Source: Candidatus Latescibacterota bacterium | GTDB taxonomy: Bacteria; Latescibacterota; UBA2968; UBA8231 | DNA: 64,000 nucleotides | Assembly: GCA_965217585.1 (NCBI GenBank) | Contig: OZ244561.1 | Span: 1,600,001-1,664,000 of the forward strand | Direction of reading: 5' to 3' | In this document: in pieces, positions 47,801 to 55,867 of the stretch | How positions within the stretch are numbered: position 1 is the stretch's first letter | Layout of the letters: every line of letters begins with the position of its first letter | Program-made: the position numbers and the translations under genes | Notes under the pieces: generated by a model | Databases searched by the model: none | What the model was told of the DNA's origin: nothing | What the model saw: only the letters and a program-made list of their open reading frames with translations

Positions 47801-48122
47801 TCTGACCGCCTACGCGCAGGTCTTGGTCATTGCCGTCCTGGACCCGCCCACCCCAGATGATGCCGTCCTGGAAGATGACTTGGTCGGTCGAGCGCGGGTA
47901 GGTCACGCCCGAATTGCTGTTGAGCGGGTTGCGGGCCGACCAGCCATCGCTTTGGATCCACATGGCCATATTATTGATGTTGAGCAGGGTCCGTTGAGTG
48001 GACACCTCGATCTCATCTTGGGCCAGTTTGGCGGCCGGTGCGCCCCGCCCTTCGCGGGCCTGGACAGTGCCGACTAGGAGCAAGAGCGTCGCCGCCGCAA
48101 ATAGGTAAACAAACTTTCTCAT
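44832..48122 (-). CDS. Large acidic secreted/surface protein with a T9SS-CTD-like C-terminus
   Basis: Signal peptide, DxDxxG loops, Fn3-like YYFAVTAY, C-terminal INVFPNPY...IRIFDMSG.LVR...WDL......VASG.Y...K..VI. Confidence 0.85.
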   Translation of the reverse strand: MRKFVYLFAAATLLLLVGTVQAREGRGAPAAKLAQDEIEVSTQRTLLNINNMAMWIQSDGWSARNPLNSNSGVTYPRSTDQVIFQDGIIWGGRVQDGNDQDLRVGGQTYEIGTVPGVIESKGVAQDRETARLYRIRRDWATADLRLDASEVLNIGLSQVTAAHEEAVRAQYERDWTEWPAELGAPYYDNDGNGQYDPSVDEPGLANADQVIWFAINDLDQGATTNLYGSLPIGLETQVTLWGYARSDALGDVIFKKYKIIYKGTAEATDDAVIEDMYFAQWSDPDLGDFGDDFAGADVGLSLGYVYNSIDDDSHYVTFGLAPPAAGYDFLQGPIVPVYQLDDDGNIAVDEEGNQLLDESSVAIFNDGLRPGYKNLPMTAFVYFAAGSAISDPELGEYIGTQQWYNLLRGFQPQDDVENPVPYTNPLTNADTKFTLDGDPTRATGWNDGVPLPAGDRRIVLATGPFEMALGDTQEVVVALLGAISSDRLRSVSKLKFTDQFVQDAYNSFFQVPKPPTQPNVRLVELDQTIVLNWGWDPESVAKTESVGSPGFDFEGYNVYQLPSAEATLGQATKIATFDLVNGVTTILGIALDEQSGVVLDVPLQIGNDSGLQRYITMTSDAIRGGPLVNGQQYYFAVTAYSRATSAEAATTTTLESSPQSIICVPQVAPPGITRTHEDPGELLPVEHTKGIGDASVWAQVIDPTALQQAAYKVTFNDDATWSLSRGGEILVDRESNISLDESYPIVEGLQVKVGNLVFTNPTTYISAEVTNDANPEDGDLHLWSDGTLFGFPDGYGSTFWDGGGAGDNRLVRDIEFRFTGVWDADSTAIVEGGSMATLGGVSGGSGERDIAAHPFKPAEVSDSTGAFLQRVPFEIWDVEDPDNPRQLNAVFYDRGADGSRDEDSVVYHQTYNMPGRDYITIVHTDYDPTKIHELTDENTTWVYFFYQGGASVWSTGDVIKITIGNTVVAGEDEFEFSVTAEAYSEALAKENIGKINVFPNPYLGVNSAETSRYSHFVTFNHLPPKANIRIFDMSGTLVRTIEKDDPSQFTRWDLQNQNQLPVASGMYIAHIELPGTGMSRILKLAVIQEQQFLESF

Positions 48123-48137
48123 AGCTTCCTCTCTTTC

Positions 48138-51100
48138 CTAGAAATCGAACTGCAGACCGAAGCGAATCTGGCGCGGCGCGTCGTAGATATCGCCGCCCTC
48201 GTTGGACCAGTAGGCTTGGCGGTTGGCCAAGTTGATCGCCTCGTAGAGTTGCACGTACTGTTGCCCGCCGCTGGCCTCGACGATCTGCTGACTCAGCTCC
48301 GGGTTGGTCAGGAAGCCATCGTCCTTGTCGGTGCCGGTGCGGTTGTACACGTTGAGCACGTTCTTGCGGTTGAAGAGGTTGATAACATAGCTATAGACCT
48401 TGGCGTTGAGACCAAACAGCGAGAAGCCCTTGTCGAGGCGCAGGTTGGTCTTGAAGGTCCACGGCGTCGTCGAGCGGTTGATCGACTCGAGCGGCTTGCG
48501 CGAGCGCGGGTCGAAGCTGTCGAGTACACCGGCGTTTTCTGGACCGCGCTGACCGATCGAACCGGTGACCAAGGTAAAATTGTGTCCGCTCGTGAAGCTC
48601 AGCAGCAGGTTGGCCCCCAGACTCCGCAGAAGTGGGTTGGGCTCGTTGTCGGGGTAGCGGTAGTCTAGGTAGATCGAGCCGCGGTGCGTCTCGTTAAAGT
48701 CGAGCGGCGAGATGATCGTCGGCAGGTTGGTCTCGTTCTCAACCCCGGAAATGGCCGAACCAGTATATGAACCCGTGCCGCGTGCATCGGACAGGGTGTA
48801 GTTCAGTTCGGTCCGTAGGTTATTGACGCGCCTGAGCTTGAACTGGAACTCGATGCCCTTGGTCGTGGCGAAGTCGCCGTTTTGCAGATAGGCGTACGCG
48901 CCAGCGTCAACCGCGCTAGCCGAGAGCTGCTGCTTGCGCAACTGCATCTGCCCTTTGACGTCGCGGTAGAAGCCCGTGATGTCGAAGGAGGCGGATTCGG
49001 CGAACTGACGTTCGAAGCCAATTTCGTACTGGGTAGTCCGCATCGGCTCGATGTCGTAGGCGGTCGGATAGCGAATGTAGTTCTGGCCGCCCAACTCTAG
49101 GGCGAGGCGTGCGCCGCCGGCAAACATGGCGCGCATCGCCGGCATTTGCGAGAAACGCCCGTATTGCACGTGAAAAACCGTCAAATCCGACACCGGGAAC
49201 GACATCCCCAAACGCGGGCTAATATCGGTGTACGTGGCGGTCTTTTCCATCGACGCGAGGTCAATGGTGTAGTTTTCCGGATCGCGCACCGGTGCGGCCG
49301 GGTCCTTGAAGCGCCAGCTATCCGCGTCGAAGTAGTCGATGCGTAGACCGGCGTTGATGATCAGGTCATTATACTCGACTTTGTCCTGGATAAAGACGGC
49401 GGCTACCGTCGGGTGGCGCGGTGCCTCTAGCCCCTCGCCGTCGGCCTCGCGGCCGAACTCGTCGAAGCCGAAGAAATCGCTGGCGCTAGTCGAGCGCAGC
49501 AATCTGATCAGATCCTGCTTGCTACCCTTGCCATCGTCAAGACCCTCGGCTGTCTCGATCAACTCGTCGAGGATCTGGTCTTCGCTGATCTCATCGTTGT
49601 AGTAGCGGTCGTACACCGCGTCCAACTCGGGATAGGTATTGGCTATCCCCGAGCGGATCGAACGCAACGAGATCCCATAGCGCCGCGAGGTCCAATTCTG
49701 GTAGTCGAAACCGGCCCTGATCTGATGCACGTCGGTCTGCTTGGTCCAGCTACCGGCCAGCCCCCAATAGCCATCCGACGTGGTGCCGTAGGAGGTCGTA
49801 CGCGAACCCGGGCGGTTGAAGGGAAAGCCGGCCAGATCGTAGGGCCTAGGCCCCGAACCCTGCTGGGTATAGGGCGTGTACTCGCCCGTGCCCTCGAGGG
49901 CACGCTGTACGGCAACGCTGTCGTTGTACACCCACCACCGATCCTCGAAAAGCGGGTCGTAGGACGTGGCATCCTGCTTGTAGAGGCTCACGTTGAGTTC
50001 GTAGAACATGCTCTTGTCGAGCAGGTGGGTGAGCTTGGCGTTAATCAGGTTGGAGGACGCTTCCGACTCGACCAAACGCCGGGTGTTAAAAGCATTGCGG
50101 ATGGGCGCTCCGTTGCTTTCAAAACTCCCGTCCGAGTACAGATTCGTGAGGCGGAGCTGGACGGGGTAGTAGTCGAGCAGCAAGGTCCCGTTGAAAATGT
50201 TCCCTACACTACTCGTGTGCGGAATATTGCCGGGCTTGATTTCGAGCTGCTCGATCCGGTCGGGAACGGGATTACCCTCCTCGTCCTCGCCCCAGTGCCG
50301 GCGGCCACCGCGGAGGCCGGTGTCTTCGAGATCCTCGAAGGTAAAACCCGACCAGTAGGTCGGCCAAGAACCGAGGTTGAAGCGCTGACCGGCCAAGAAG
50401 GCGCGAATCTTCTGGCTACCCGCAACCGGACCACCGGCGGTGATCACCTGATTGGAATAGCCGTAGGAATAGGTGCCGAAGCGCTGCTCATAGTCGGAGG
50501 TAAAATTGTCCGACTCAGAGACGATCTCGAAGTCCCAGTCGCTGCCGCCGGTGCGCAACTCTTGCAGGATAATGCCGGCGTTGGCACCGCCGTACTCGGC
50601 GTTGAAGCCGCCGGCCTGGAGCTGGATTTCCTCCAGTGCCTCGACGATCAGTCCCACCGCGCTGGCACCAGTGACCACATTGCGGACGCTGGCCCCCTCG
50701 ACGTAGTAGCCGATCTCGTCGCCGCGCGAGCCACGGATATGCAACGTCCCCTCGTCATCAACCACGCCGGTCTGCAGGGCCAAGACTTGGCCGACGCCTC
50801 GGAGCGGCAGAATCTCGAGATCCTCGGCATCGACGATGCGCACCGCATTGGTGGCGTTTTTGTCGATGATCGGCCGCTCGGCTCGGATTACCACTTCCTC
50901 GACCTGGATATCCGAAGAAGTCAATTCAACGGCGATATTCGTAGTCAGGTCGGCGGAGACCCGCACATCCTCGACGGTATAATCCGCGTAGCCGATATAC
51001 GTGGCCTTGAGGGTGTAGGTACCCGCTGGCACATTGAGAATAAAAAAGCGGCCCTGCTCATCTGCCGTGGCCCCTAGCTTGGTATCTACCACCACGACAT

Positions 51101-51248
51101 TGGCATGGGGCAACCCGTCCCCGGTGGTGGCATCCTTGACGGCACCAGCTATTTTGCCGCCTGTACTGGCCTCGGCCGGAGCCAAGCTCAGCGCAAGCAG
51201 GACGCCCAGTGCGGTCAGGACGCGAAAAACGCCTTCAAACTTGGTCAT
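48138..51248 (-). CDS. TonB-dependent receptor
   Basis: N-terminal GKIAG.V.D..TG..LP.ANV extension, plug HIRGSR..E..YYVEG, GGFNAEYG, ISPRLG.SFP, C-terminal PRQIRFGLQFDF. Confidence 0.93.
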   Translation of the reverse strand: MTKFEGVFRVLTALGVLLALSLAPAEASTGGKIAGAVKDATTGDGLPHANVVVVDTKLGATADEQGRFFILNVPAGTYTLKATYIGYADYTVEDVRVSADLTTNIAVELTSSDIQVEEVVIRAERPIIDKNATNAVRIVDAEDLEILPLRGVGQVLALQTGVVDDEGTLHIRGSRGDEIGYYVEGASVRNVVTGASAVGLIVEALEEIQLQAGGFNAEYGGANAGIILQELRTGGSDWDFEIVSESDNFTSDYEQRFGTYSYGYSNQVITAGGPVAGSQKIRAFLAGQRFNLGSWPTYWSGFTFEDLEDTGLRGGRRHWGEDEEGNPVPDRIEQLEIKPGNIPHTSSVGNIFNGTLLLDYYPVQLRLTNLYSDGSFESNGAPIRNAFNTRRLVESEASSNLINAKLTHLLDKSMFYELNVSLYKQDATSYDPLFEDRWWVYNDSVAVQRALEGTGEYTPYTQQGSGPRPYDLAGFPFNRPGSRTTSYGTTSDGYWGLAGSWTKQTDVHQIRAGFDYQNWTSRRYGISLRSIRSGIANTYPELDAVYDRYYNDEISEDQILDELIETAEGLDDGKGSKQDLIRLLRSTSASDFFGFDEFGREADGEGLEAPRHPTVAAVFIQDKVEYNDLIINAGLRIDYFDADSWRFKDPAAPVRDPENYTIDLASMEKTATYTDISPRLGMSFPVSDLTVFHVQYGRFSQMPAMRAMFAGGARLALELGGQNYIRYPTAYDIEPMRTTQYEIGFERQFAESASFDITGFYRDVKGQMQLRKQQLSASAVDAGAYAYLQNGDFATTKGIEFQFKLRRVNNLRTELNYTLSDARGTGSYTGSAISGVENETNLPTIISPLDFNETHRGSIYLDYRYPDNEPNPLLRSLGANLLLSFTSGHNFTLVTGSIGQRGPENAGVLDSFDPRSRKPLESINRSTTPWTFKTNLRLDKGFSLFGLNAKVYSYVINLFNRKNVLNVYNRTGTDKDDGFLTNPELSQQIVEASGGQQYVQLYEAINLANRQAYWSNEGGDIYDAPRQIRFGLQFDF

Positions 51249-51284
51249 GTGTTCCTCCTTTGTAGGGTAGTTCTCAATACCCCT

Positions 51285-52010
51285 TCACATCAGATGCAAC
51301 CAGTCTCCTAAGAGAAAGGTCACACGCCCGATCAACAGCGAAACCCTCGCCATAATGGTGTAACCAAACGAGGCCCCAAACGAGACCATCAAAAACCATA
51401 TCCCCACCTTGGAGATATGACCCGCCGCGCCGGTGTGCTCGACGGAAAAGAAGAAATAAACCAACACCCCTACTACCCCCACTAAGACGATCAGCAAATT
51501 GAGCCCCTCCAAGCTCCAAGTTAGTGGTTGTAATGTAGGTTCAACTTGGGCCAAGATAAAGGAAGAAATATATCGGGGAATCGTCAGGCCGGCCCCGAGC
51601 CCCACAAAGAATGCAAAGGCATAGCGGCTGAGCCAACCAAAGCGCAGCGAAAAGCGCGTCAACATCAACAGCCCGAGCACCGTGGGAGCCAAAAGCCACC
51701 AATTGGGCGTCTCCCCTTCCCCCGGATCGGTCCATTCGGCGATGAGCTCGCCGTAGATCGTCGGGTACCAAGTCTGGCCGAATATATACGCCGCCGCCAC
51801 GCCGACAAAAACGTGCTCGGCGAACTTGAACAGCGGGTTGTCCTTGTAGAGGAAGCTATAGAGCGCCAAGGTCATGCCCGCCGCGACAATGATGCCCAAA
51901 CCCGTCCAGTCCGCCGCCAAAATCCCACTGGCCACCAAGCCGATATTGACCGCGGCAAACAGCAGGATCACGCCCAAAAAGACATTCGTATCGCGCATGG
52001 CGGCGATCAA
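51285..52010 (-). CDS. Uncharacterised multi-pass membrane protein
   Basis: About 6-7 hydrophobic segments; YSFLYKDNPLFKFAEH.FVG and FGA.FG.T.M.R motifs; overlaps the upstream gene. Confidence 0.8.
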   Translation of the reverse strand: MIAAMRDTNVFLGVILLFAAVNIGLVASGILAADWTGLGIIVAAGMTLALYSFLYKDNPLFKFAEHVFVGVAAAYIFGQTWYPTIYGELIAEWTDPGEGETPNWWLLAPTVLGLLMLTRFSLRFGWLSRYAFAFFVGLGAGLTIPRYISSFILAQVEPTLQPLTWSLEGLNLLIVLVGVVGVLVYFFFSVEHTGAAGHISKVGIWFLMVSFGASFGYTIMARVSLLIGRVTFLLGDWLHLM

Positions 52011-52837
52011 CTCCTCTGCTCGGATGAAGTTCGCCGAGCGGCGAAGTGCGCGATATTGCCGAGAATCACGAAGATCGCGATGACCAAATGAGCCATTGAC
52101 TGGGCGCTCATGCCTTTGCTGGCACTGCCAGGACGTTCAATCAGGGTCTCGTATTCGGCTGCGCCGGCTAGACCACCGAGCAGGCCGCCGAGCTGTCCCG
52201 AGTCGAGGAAGGGATAGAGATCGGGAGCCATCACCGCGGTGCAGCCAGCGACAAAGGGAAAGCCGTACTTCTCCTGCCCGTAGGGGATCCACCAGAACTC
52301 AATCGAATCCCCGGCAGCTAAGTCTAAGACGAGGGCGAAATCGCGCAGCGAGCGCAAACCGCGCGTCAAATCCAAGTCGCCAGTATCCGCGCCCCATTGG
52401 TCCTGCGGGAAGGCACTGCGGAAGTCCTGCCCCATATTGAGAATGACGCTAAAACCGCCCGGCTTGTAGCCCATAAAGGCATAATCCACCCCGTACTCCA
52501 AATCGAATTCAGCCGCTATCTCCTCCAGTACCTGTTGGGCCAGCCCCGGTGCCTCGGGCCACAGGCAAATGGCCACCACCTTGAGGTCGCGGCGGAAGGC
52601 GTGGCGCAAAATGGCATGCGACATCGGCAGCATTTCAGGTGCCGTGCTGGCACCGTAAGCAAAGGAAACCAGCACAATGTCCCCTGCGTCGAGTTTCTCG
52701 AACTGGTCGTACGCGGCTTTTACTTCGTCCGTCGGCGTGATCGGCAGGGACATCCCGGCCAGCAACGGCCCAGCCACGCTGATAAACACTAGGGCGAAAA
52801 TGATGCGACGGTCGATAGCGAGCAGTCTGTGCATCAC
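52007..52837 (-). CDS. Uncharacterised membrane-anchored protein (probable remote DUF6754 paralog)
   Basis: N- and C-terminal TM helices flanking an alpha/beta domain; YG.DY...GY.PG and GL.GAAEYE motifs. Confidence 0.8.
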   Translation of the reverse strand: MMHRLLAIDRRIIFALVFISVAGPLLAGMSLPITPTDEVKAAYDQFEKLDAGDIVLVSFAYGASTAPEMLPMSHAILRHAFRRDLKVVAICLWPEAPGLAQQVLEEIAAEFDLEYGVDYAFMGYKPGGFSVILNMGQDFRSAFPQDQWGADTGDLDLTRGLRSLRDFALVLDLAAGDSIEFWWIPYGQEKYGFPFVAGCTAVMAPDLYPFLDSGQLGGLLGGLAGAAEYETLIERPGSASKGMSAQSMAHLVIAIFVILGNIAHFAARRTSSEQRS

Positions 52838-53490
52838 TCAGCTCCTCCGCCCAAATACGAGCGCTCAATCCCAAAAATGATCCGCAGTGAGGTAGCAATA
52901 GCACCCAGCGACACGCCGAGCAGGATGCCGCGCTTGGCCGCCAAGTTGGGCACGGTCAACAGCCAATCGGACACCAGCGGAAAATACTCGGATATCTCCC
53001 GGCCAATGGGCACGCGACCCAGCATGACGATGACCGCCGCGACCAGTAGCAGCGCGGCCTCGGGCGTGCGGGCGCGGAAAGTTCGGTATGCCGCCGAGGC
53101 AATAAAGAAGGCCAGAAGCGAAAACATGGTCCCAGCACAGGGAAGGTGGACGTAGTCGAAGAGCCACTTATAGCCCCCGGCCTCAGCTTGCGCGACGAAG
53201 GGGCCCAAGCCGTCGTTGTACACGACGAAGCCCATCATCACCGCGAAGCTTAAAATGGCGATCAAGCTATAGGCCCAGCCGGCGACGCGCTGGCGAATCC
53301 GCTGCCAGTGCAAGTTGAGCAGGCTATAGAGGCCGAGCAAAAAGGAAAACGCGAAGACGATGCGCACCCATAGCGCCATCTCTCGCTCCAAACTCTGCGC
53401 GTGGCCGTGGGGTATGTAGTAGATGACAATGCCGAGCATACCGAAGGCGAAGGCGACGACCAGCGGCAAAGTTCGACTAAGAAAAATCAT
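52834..53490 (-). CDS. Uncharacterised multi-pass membrane protein
   Basis: About 6 TM segments; TMFSLLAFFIASAAYR.FR.R and LR...G.ER motifs. Confidence 0.8.
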   Translation of the reverse strand: MIFLSRTLPLVVAFAFGMLGIVIYYIPHGHAQSLEREMALWVRIVFAFSFLLGLYSLLNLHWQRIRQRVAGWAYSLIAILSFAVMMGFVVYNDGLGPFVAQAEAGGYKWLFDYVHLPCAGTMFSLLAFFIASAAYRTFRARTPEAALLLVAAVIVMLGRVPIGREISEYFPLVSDWLLTVPNLAAKRGILLGVSLGAIATSLRIIFGIERSYLGGGAE

Positions 53491-53499
53491 CGCGCCCTC

Positions 53500-54744
53500 C
53501 TAGGGGCTAAAAAAGTGCGTCAACTGCGGCCACCACTCCAAGGTCGCCAGCAGCGTACCCAGCACTAAGACAGCCAGCAGAATGGCCTTACCGGCATCTT
53601 GGCCCTTGAGACTGCCCAGCATCCGCGGTTCGCCCGACAGATAAGCACTGGCTGCGTAGAGCTCTTCGCCGAGCAGGGTATAGTCGCAGGTAGTAATAAA
53701 GAACGGCAACTGGGTGAAAGCATCGGTGCCGGCGATCTGGATCGCCCCGGTCGTCGCCCCGGTCTCGGCTAACAGCAGCGACTCGGCGTAGAAATATCCC
53801 ATCATAATGTGAGCCGCCGGACGGTCGCGGACCATAATGCCCTCGACTGCCGCCGCATAGCTGAACTGCTCGGTGCTAGCGACAAAGACGTGGTCGGGAT
53901 TGAAAGCGTCGGGCCGTCCCGCCTCCACATACGAGGCTTTCACCGTCTCTTGGCTGACAGACATAACTACTGGGTCTGGAGCCACCACCCGCAGCGCGGT
54001 GTCGTATTCGGCCGTGCGCCGCGCGACCCGCCCCAAGATATTGACCGCGGCAATGGTCGGTATCTGGCTCATGTCGCGCAGGCCGTGAATGAAAAGCACC
54101 GGCTTGCCCATCTCGGTCGCCCGCCCCAGTGCCTCGTCGAGTGCCTCTAACCCGGCGATGCGGCGGATCTTGAGTTCGCGCCGCCGCGCAATGCCAATGT
54201 AGCCCATGATAAGCCCTGAGAACACAAGGCATAGTACCAGATTATTGGTCTTGGCGCGATTGAAAAGATTGCCTGTGGACTCGGCGTTGACGATCACCTT
54301 GCCGCGGATCGCGCCCCCGGCCGATCGCACATCGACGTGAAAGTAATAGGTCTTGCCGTCTTCTAGCGGCGTCTTGCCGCCCGCGCCGGCGAAATCCTCG
54401 ACGTTGACATAGTGGTGATTCCCCAGATCGGCCCCACGCCCAAAAAGCGCCGGTGCCTCGGACATCAAATTCTTCGTGGCCGCAACCTCGGCCACGACGC
54501 GAAAAGGTCCGCTGGGCGAGTCGGCGATGGCGACCTGATACATCGCATTTTCGCTGATCTGCTGATCTCGCGGCCAAGTCAGCGTAATGCTGCCGCCGCC
54601 GTCGTTGGGCGTGTCGAAGGCTTGGACCTCGATCGGCGGCCTAGGGTGTGCCAGCAACGCGCCGAGCCCTTGTTCCGCATTTTCCGCCGCGCTCGCCAAC
54701 GGCCAAGCCAAGACTAATGAAGCCAGCCAGTTTTTTGCTCTCAT
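53500..54744 (-). CDS. DUF6754-like protein with an N-terminal Fn3-like domain
   Basis: Signal peptide, Fn3-like (PP..V.A.D.PND.G..I.L.W...YYF), TM, IRRIAGL.A.DEA.GRATEMG.P, LLGEELYAASAYL, terminal TM. Confidence 0.78.
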   Translation of the reverse strand: MRAKNWLASLVLAWPLASAAENAEQGLGALLAHPRPPIEVQAFDTPNDGGGSITLTWPRDQQISENAMYQVAIADSPSGPFRVVAEVAATKNLMSEAPALFGRGADLGNHHYVNVEDFAGAGGKTPLEDGKTYYFHVDVRSAGGAIRGKVIVNAESTGNLFNRAKTNNLVLCLVFSGLIMGYIGIARRRELKIRRIAGLEALDEALGRATEMGKPVLFIHGLRDMSQIPTIAAVNILGRVARRTAEYDTALRVVAPDPVVMSVSQETVKASYVEAGRPDAFNPDHVFVASTEQFSYAAAVEGIMVRDRPAAHIMMGYFYAESLLLAETGATTGAIQIAGTDAFTQLPFFITTCDYTLLGEELYAASAYLSGEPRMLGSLKGQDAGKAILLAVLVLGTLLATLEWWPQLTHFFSP

Positions 54745-54748
54745 ACCT

Positions 54749-55864
54749 TTATTCCTCAATCAACTCCACATTTGCCCGTGGCACTACCGCCTGTTTCCCG
54801 TCTTCAAACTCCACGGCCAATACCCGCACTCGCGCCCCAGACTCCACCGCGCACAACTCGGTCGGCAAGTCACTGACGCGCCCAATCCGCCCAAAATAGG
54901 GCATCCGAATCACCCGCAACAAATCACCCACCTGCAACCCTTCCGCGCCCGCCCGCACCTCTTCTTCCTCTTTGTCAGCAGCTGTGGGGACGATAATCTC
55001 CGGCCGCAACACACCGGCGCGGATCTGGGTCGCTCCAGCCATGGACGCATCCATGCCAGCGCACGCTTGCAAAATATCAAAAGTCTTGCGGGCCATGGCG
55101 ACGCGGCCGAAGCCCTCGGTCGCTACCACCGTCAGGCCGATTTGCTCGGTGCCGGTGATGGCCACGCCCAAATCGCGGCCGAGCAGGTCGCGCAAGTCGC
55201 GGTCGCGCAGGCCGCCGCCGATCAACCCCACAGCACCTGCCTGCCGGGCCTGTTCCACGGTCTCCGTGCTAATCAGACTGCCAACCACTACAATCTTGCC
55301 CGCCACTTCCGGTCCCAGCGGCCCGGCGATGGCGTCTGGGGCCTCAACCGCCAAGTGCAGCGCGCCCCAGCACTCGCCCCCTACGCCGAAAATGCCCTGG
55401 ATATAAGCACCTCGCGCTACGACGCGCACGCCCTCCTCGGCAAAAACTTCCTCGACGACCCCATCCACGTACGCTAGTACTTCGACCGGCTTAGGCGCTT
55501 GGCGCAGTATCACCTGCCCAGTCACTGGCGAAATGCTCTCAACGGTGCCGCTGACCGGCGATTCAACTGTGGCCTTGAACCACCGAATAAATGGCCTAGT
55601 CTCGGCGAGTGGCTCGCCGGCTTCGACTCGGTCGCCCTCTTGTTTGAGCATATAGCCAGCTAGCTCTTGCGGCGGGATGCCCAAGCGGTTGACCAAGTTG
55701 AGGGTCGCCACATCGCCCGGCAGTTCGGTGCGGGCCACAACTTGGTCGCGGCGCACTGCTTGGCCGCGCTCGACGACAACTTCGCCTTTGAGGGGCAAAC
55801 GCCGCTCTTTGTGGACGACTGCATATTGCGTCACGCGCAGTCCAGGAGTATAAGCATGGGCCAT
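54749..55864 (-). CDS. Soluble protein with barrel-sandwich-hybrid repeats and a C-terminal KOW-like domain
   Basis: GEVVVERGQAV...QVVA, K.EGDRVEAGEPLA...ESPVSGTVESI, LQVGD..RVIR.PYFG..G.V. Confidence 0.78.
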   Translation of the reverse strand: MAHAYTPGLRVTQYAVVHKERRLPLKGEVVVERGQAVRRDQVVARTELPGDVATLNLVNRLGIPPQELAGYMLKQEGDRVEAGEPLAETRPFIRWFKATVESPVSGTVESISPVTGQVILRQAPKPVEVLAYVDGVVEEVFAEEGVRVVARGAYIQGIFGVGGECWGALHLAVEAPDAIAGPLGPEVAGKIVVVGSLISTETVEQARQAGAVGLIGGGLRDRDLRDLLGRDLGVAITGTEQIGLTVVATEGFGRVAMARKTFDILQACAGMDASMAGATQIRAGVLRPEIIVPTAADKEEEEVRAGAEGLQVGDLLRVIRMPYFGRIGRVSDLPTELCAVESGARVRVLAVEFEDGKQAVVPRANVELIEE

Positions 55865-55867
55865 GAG

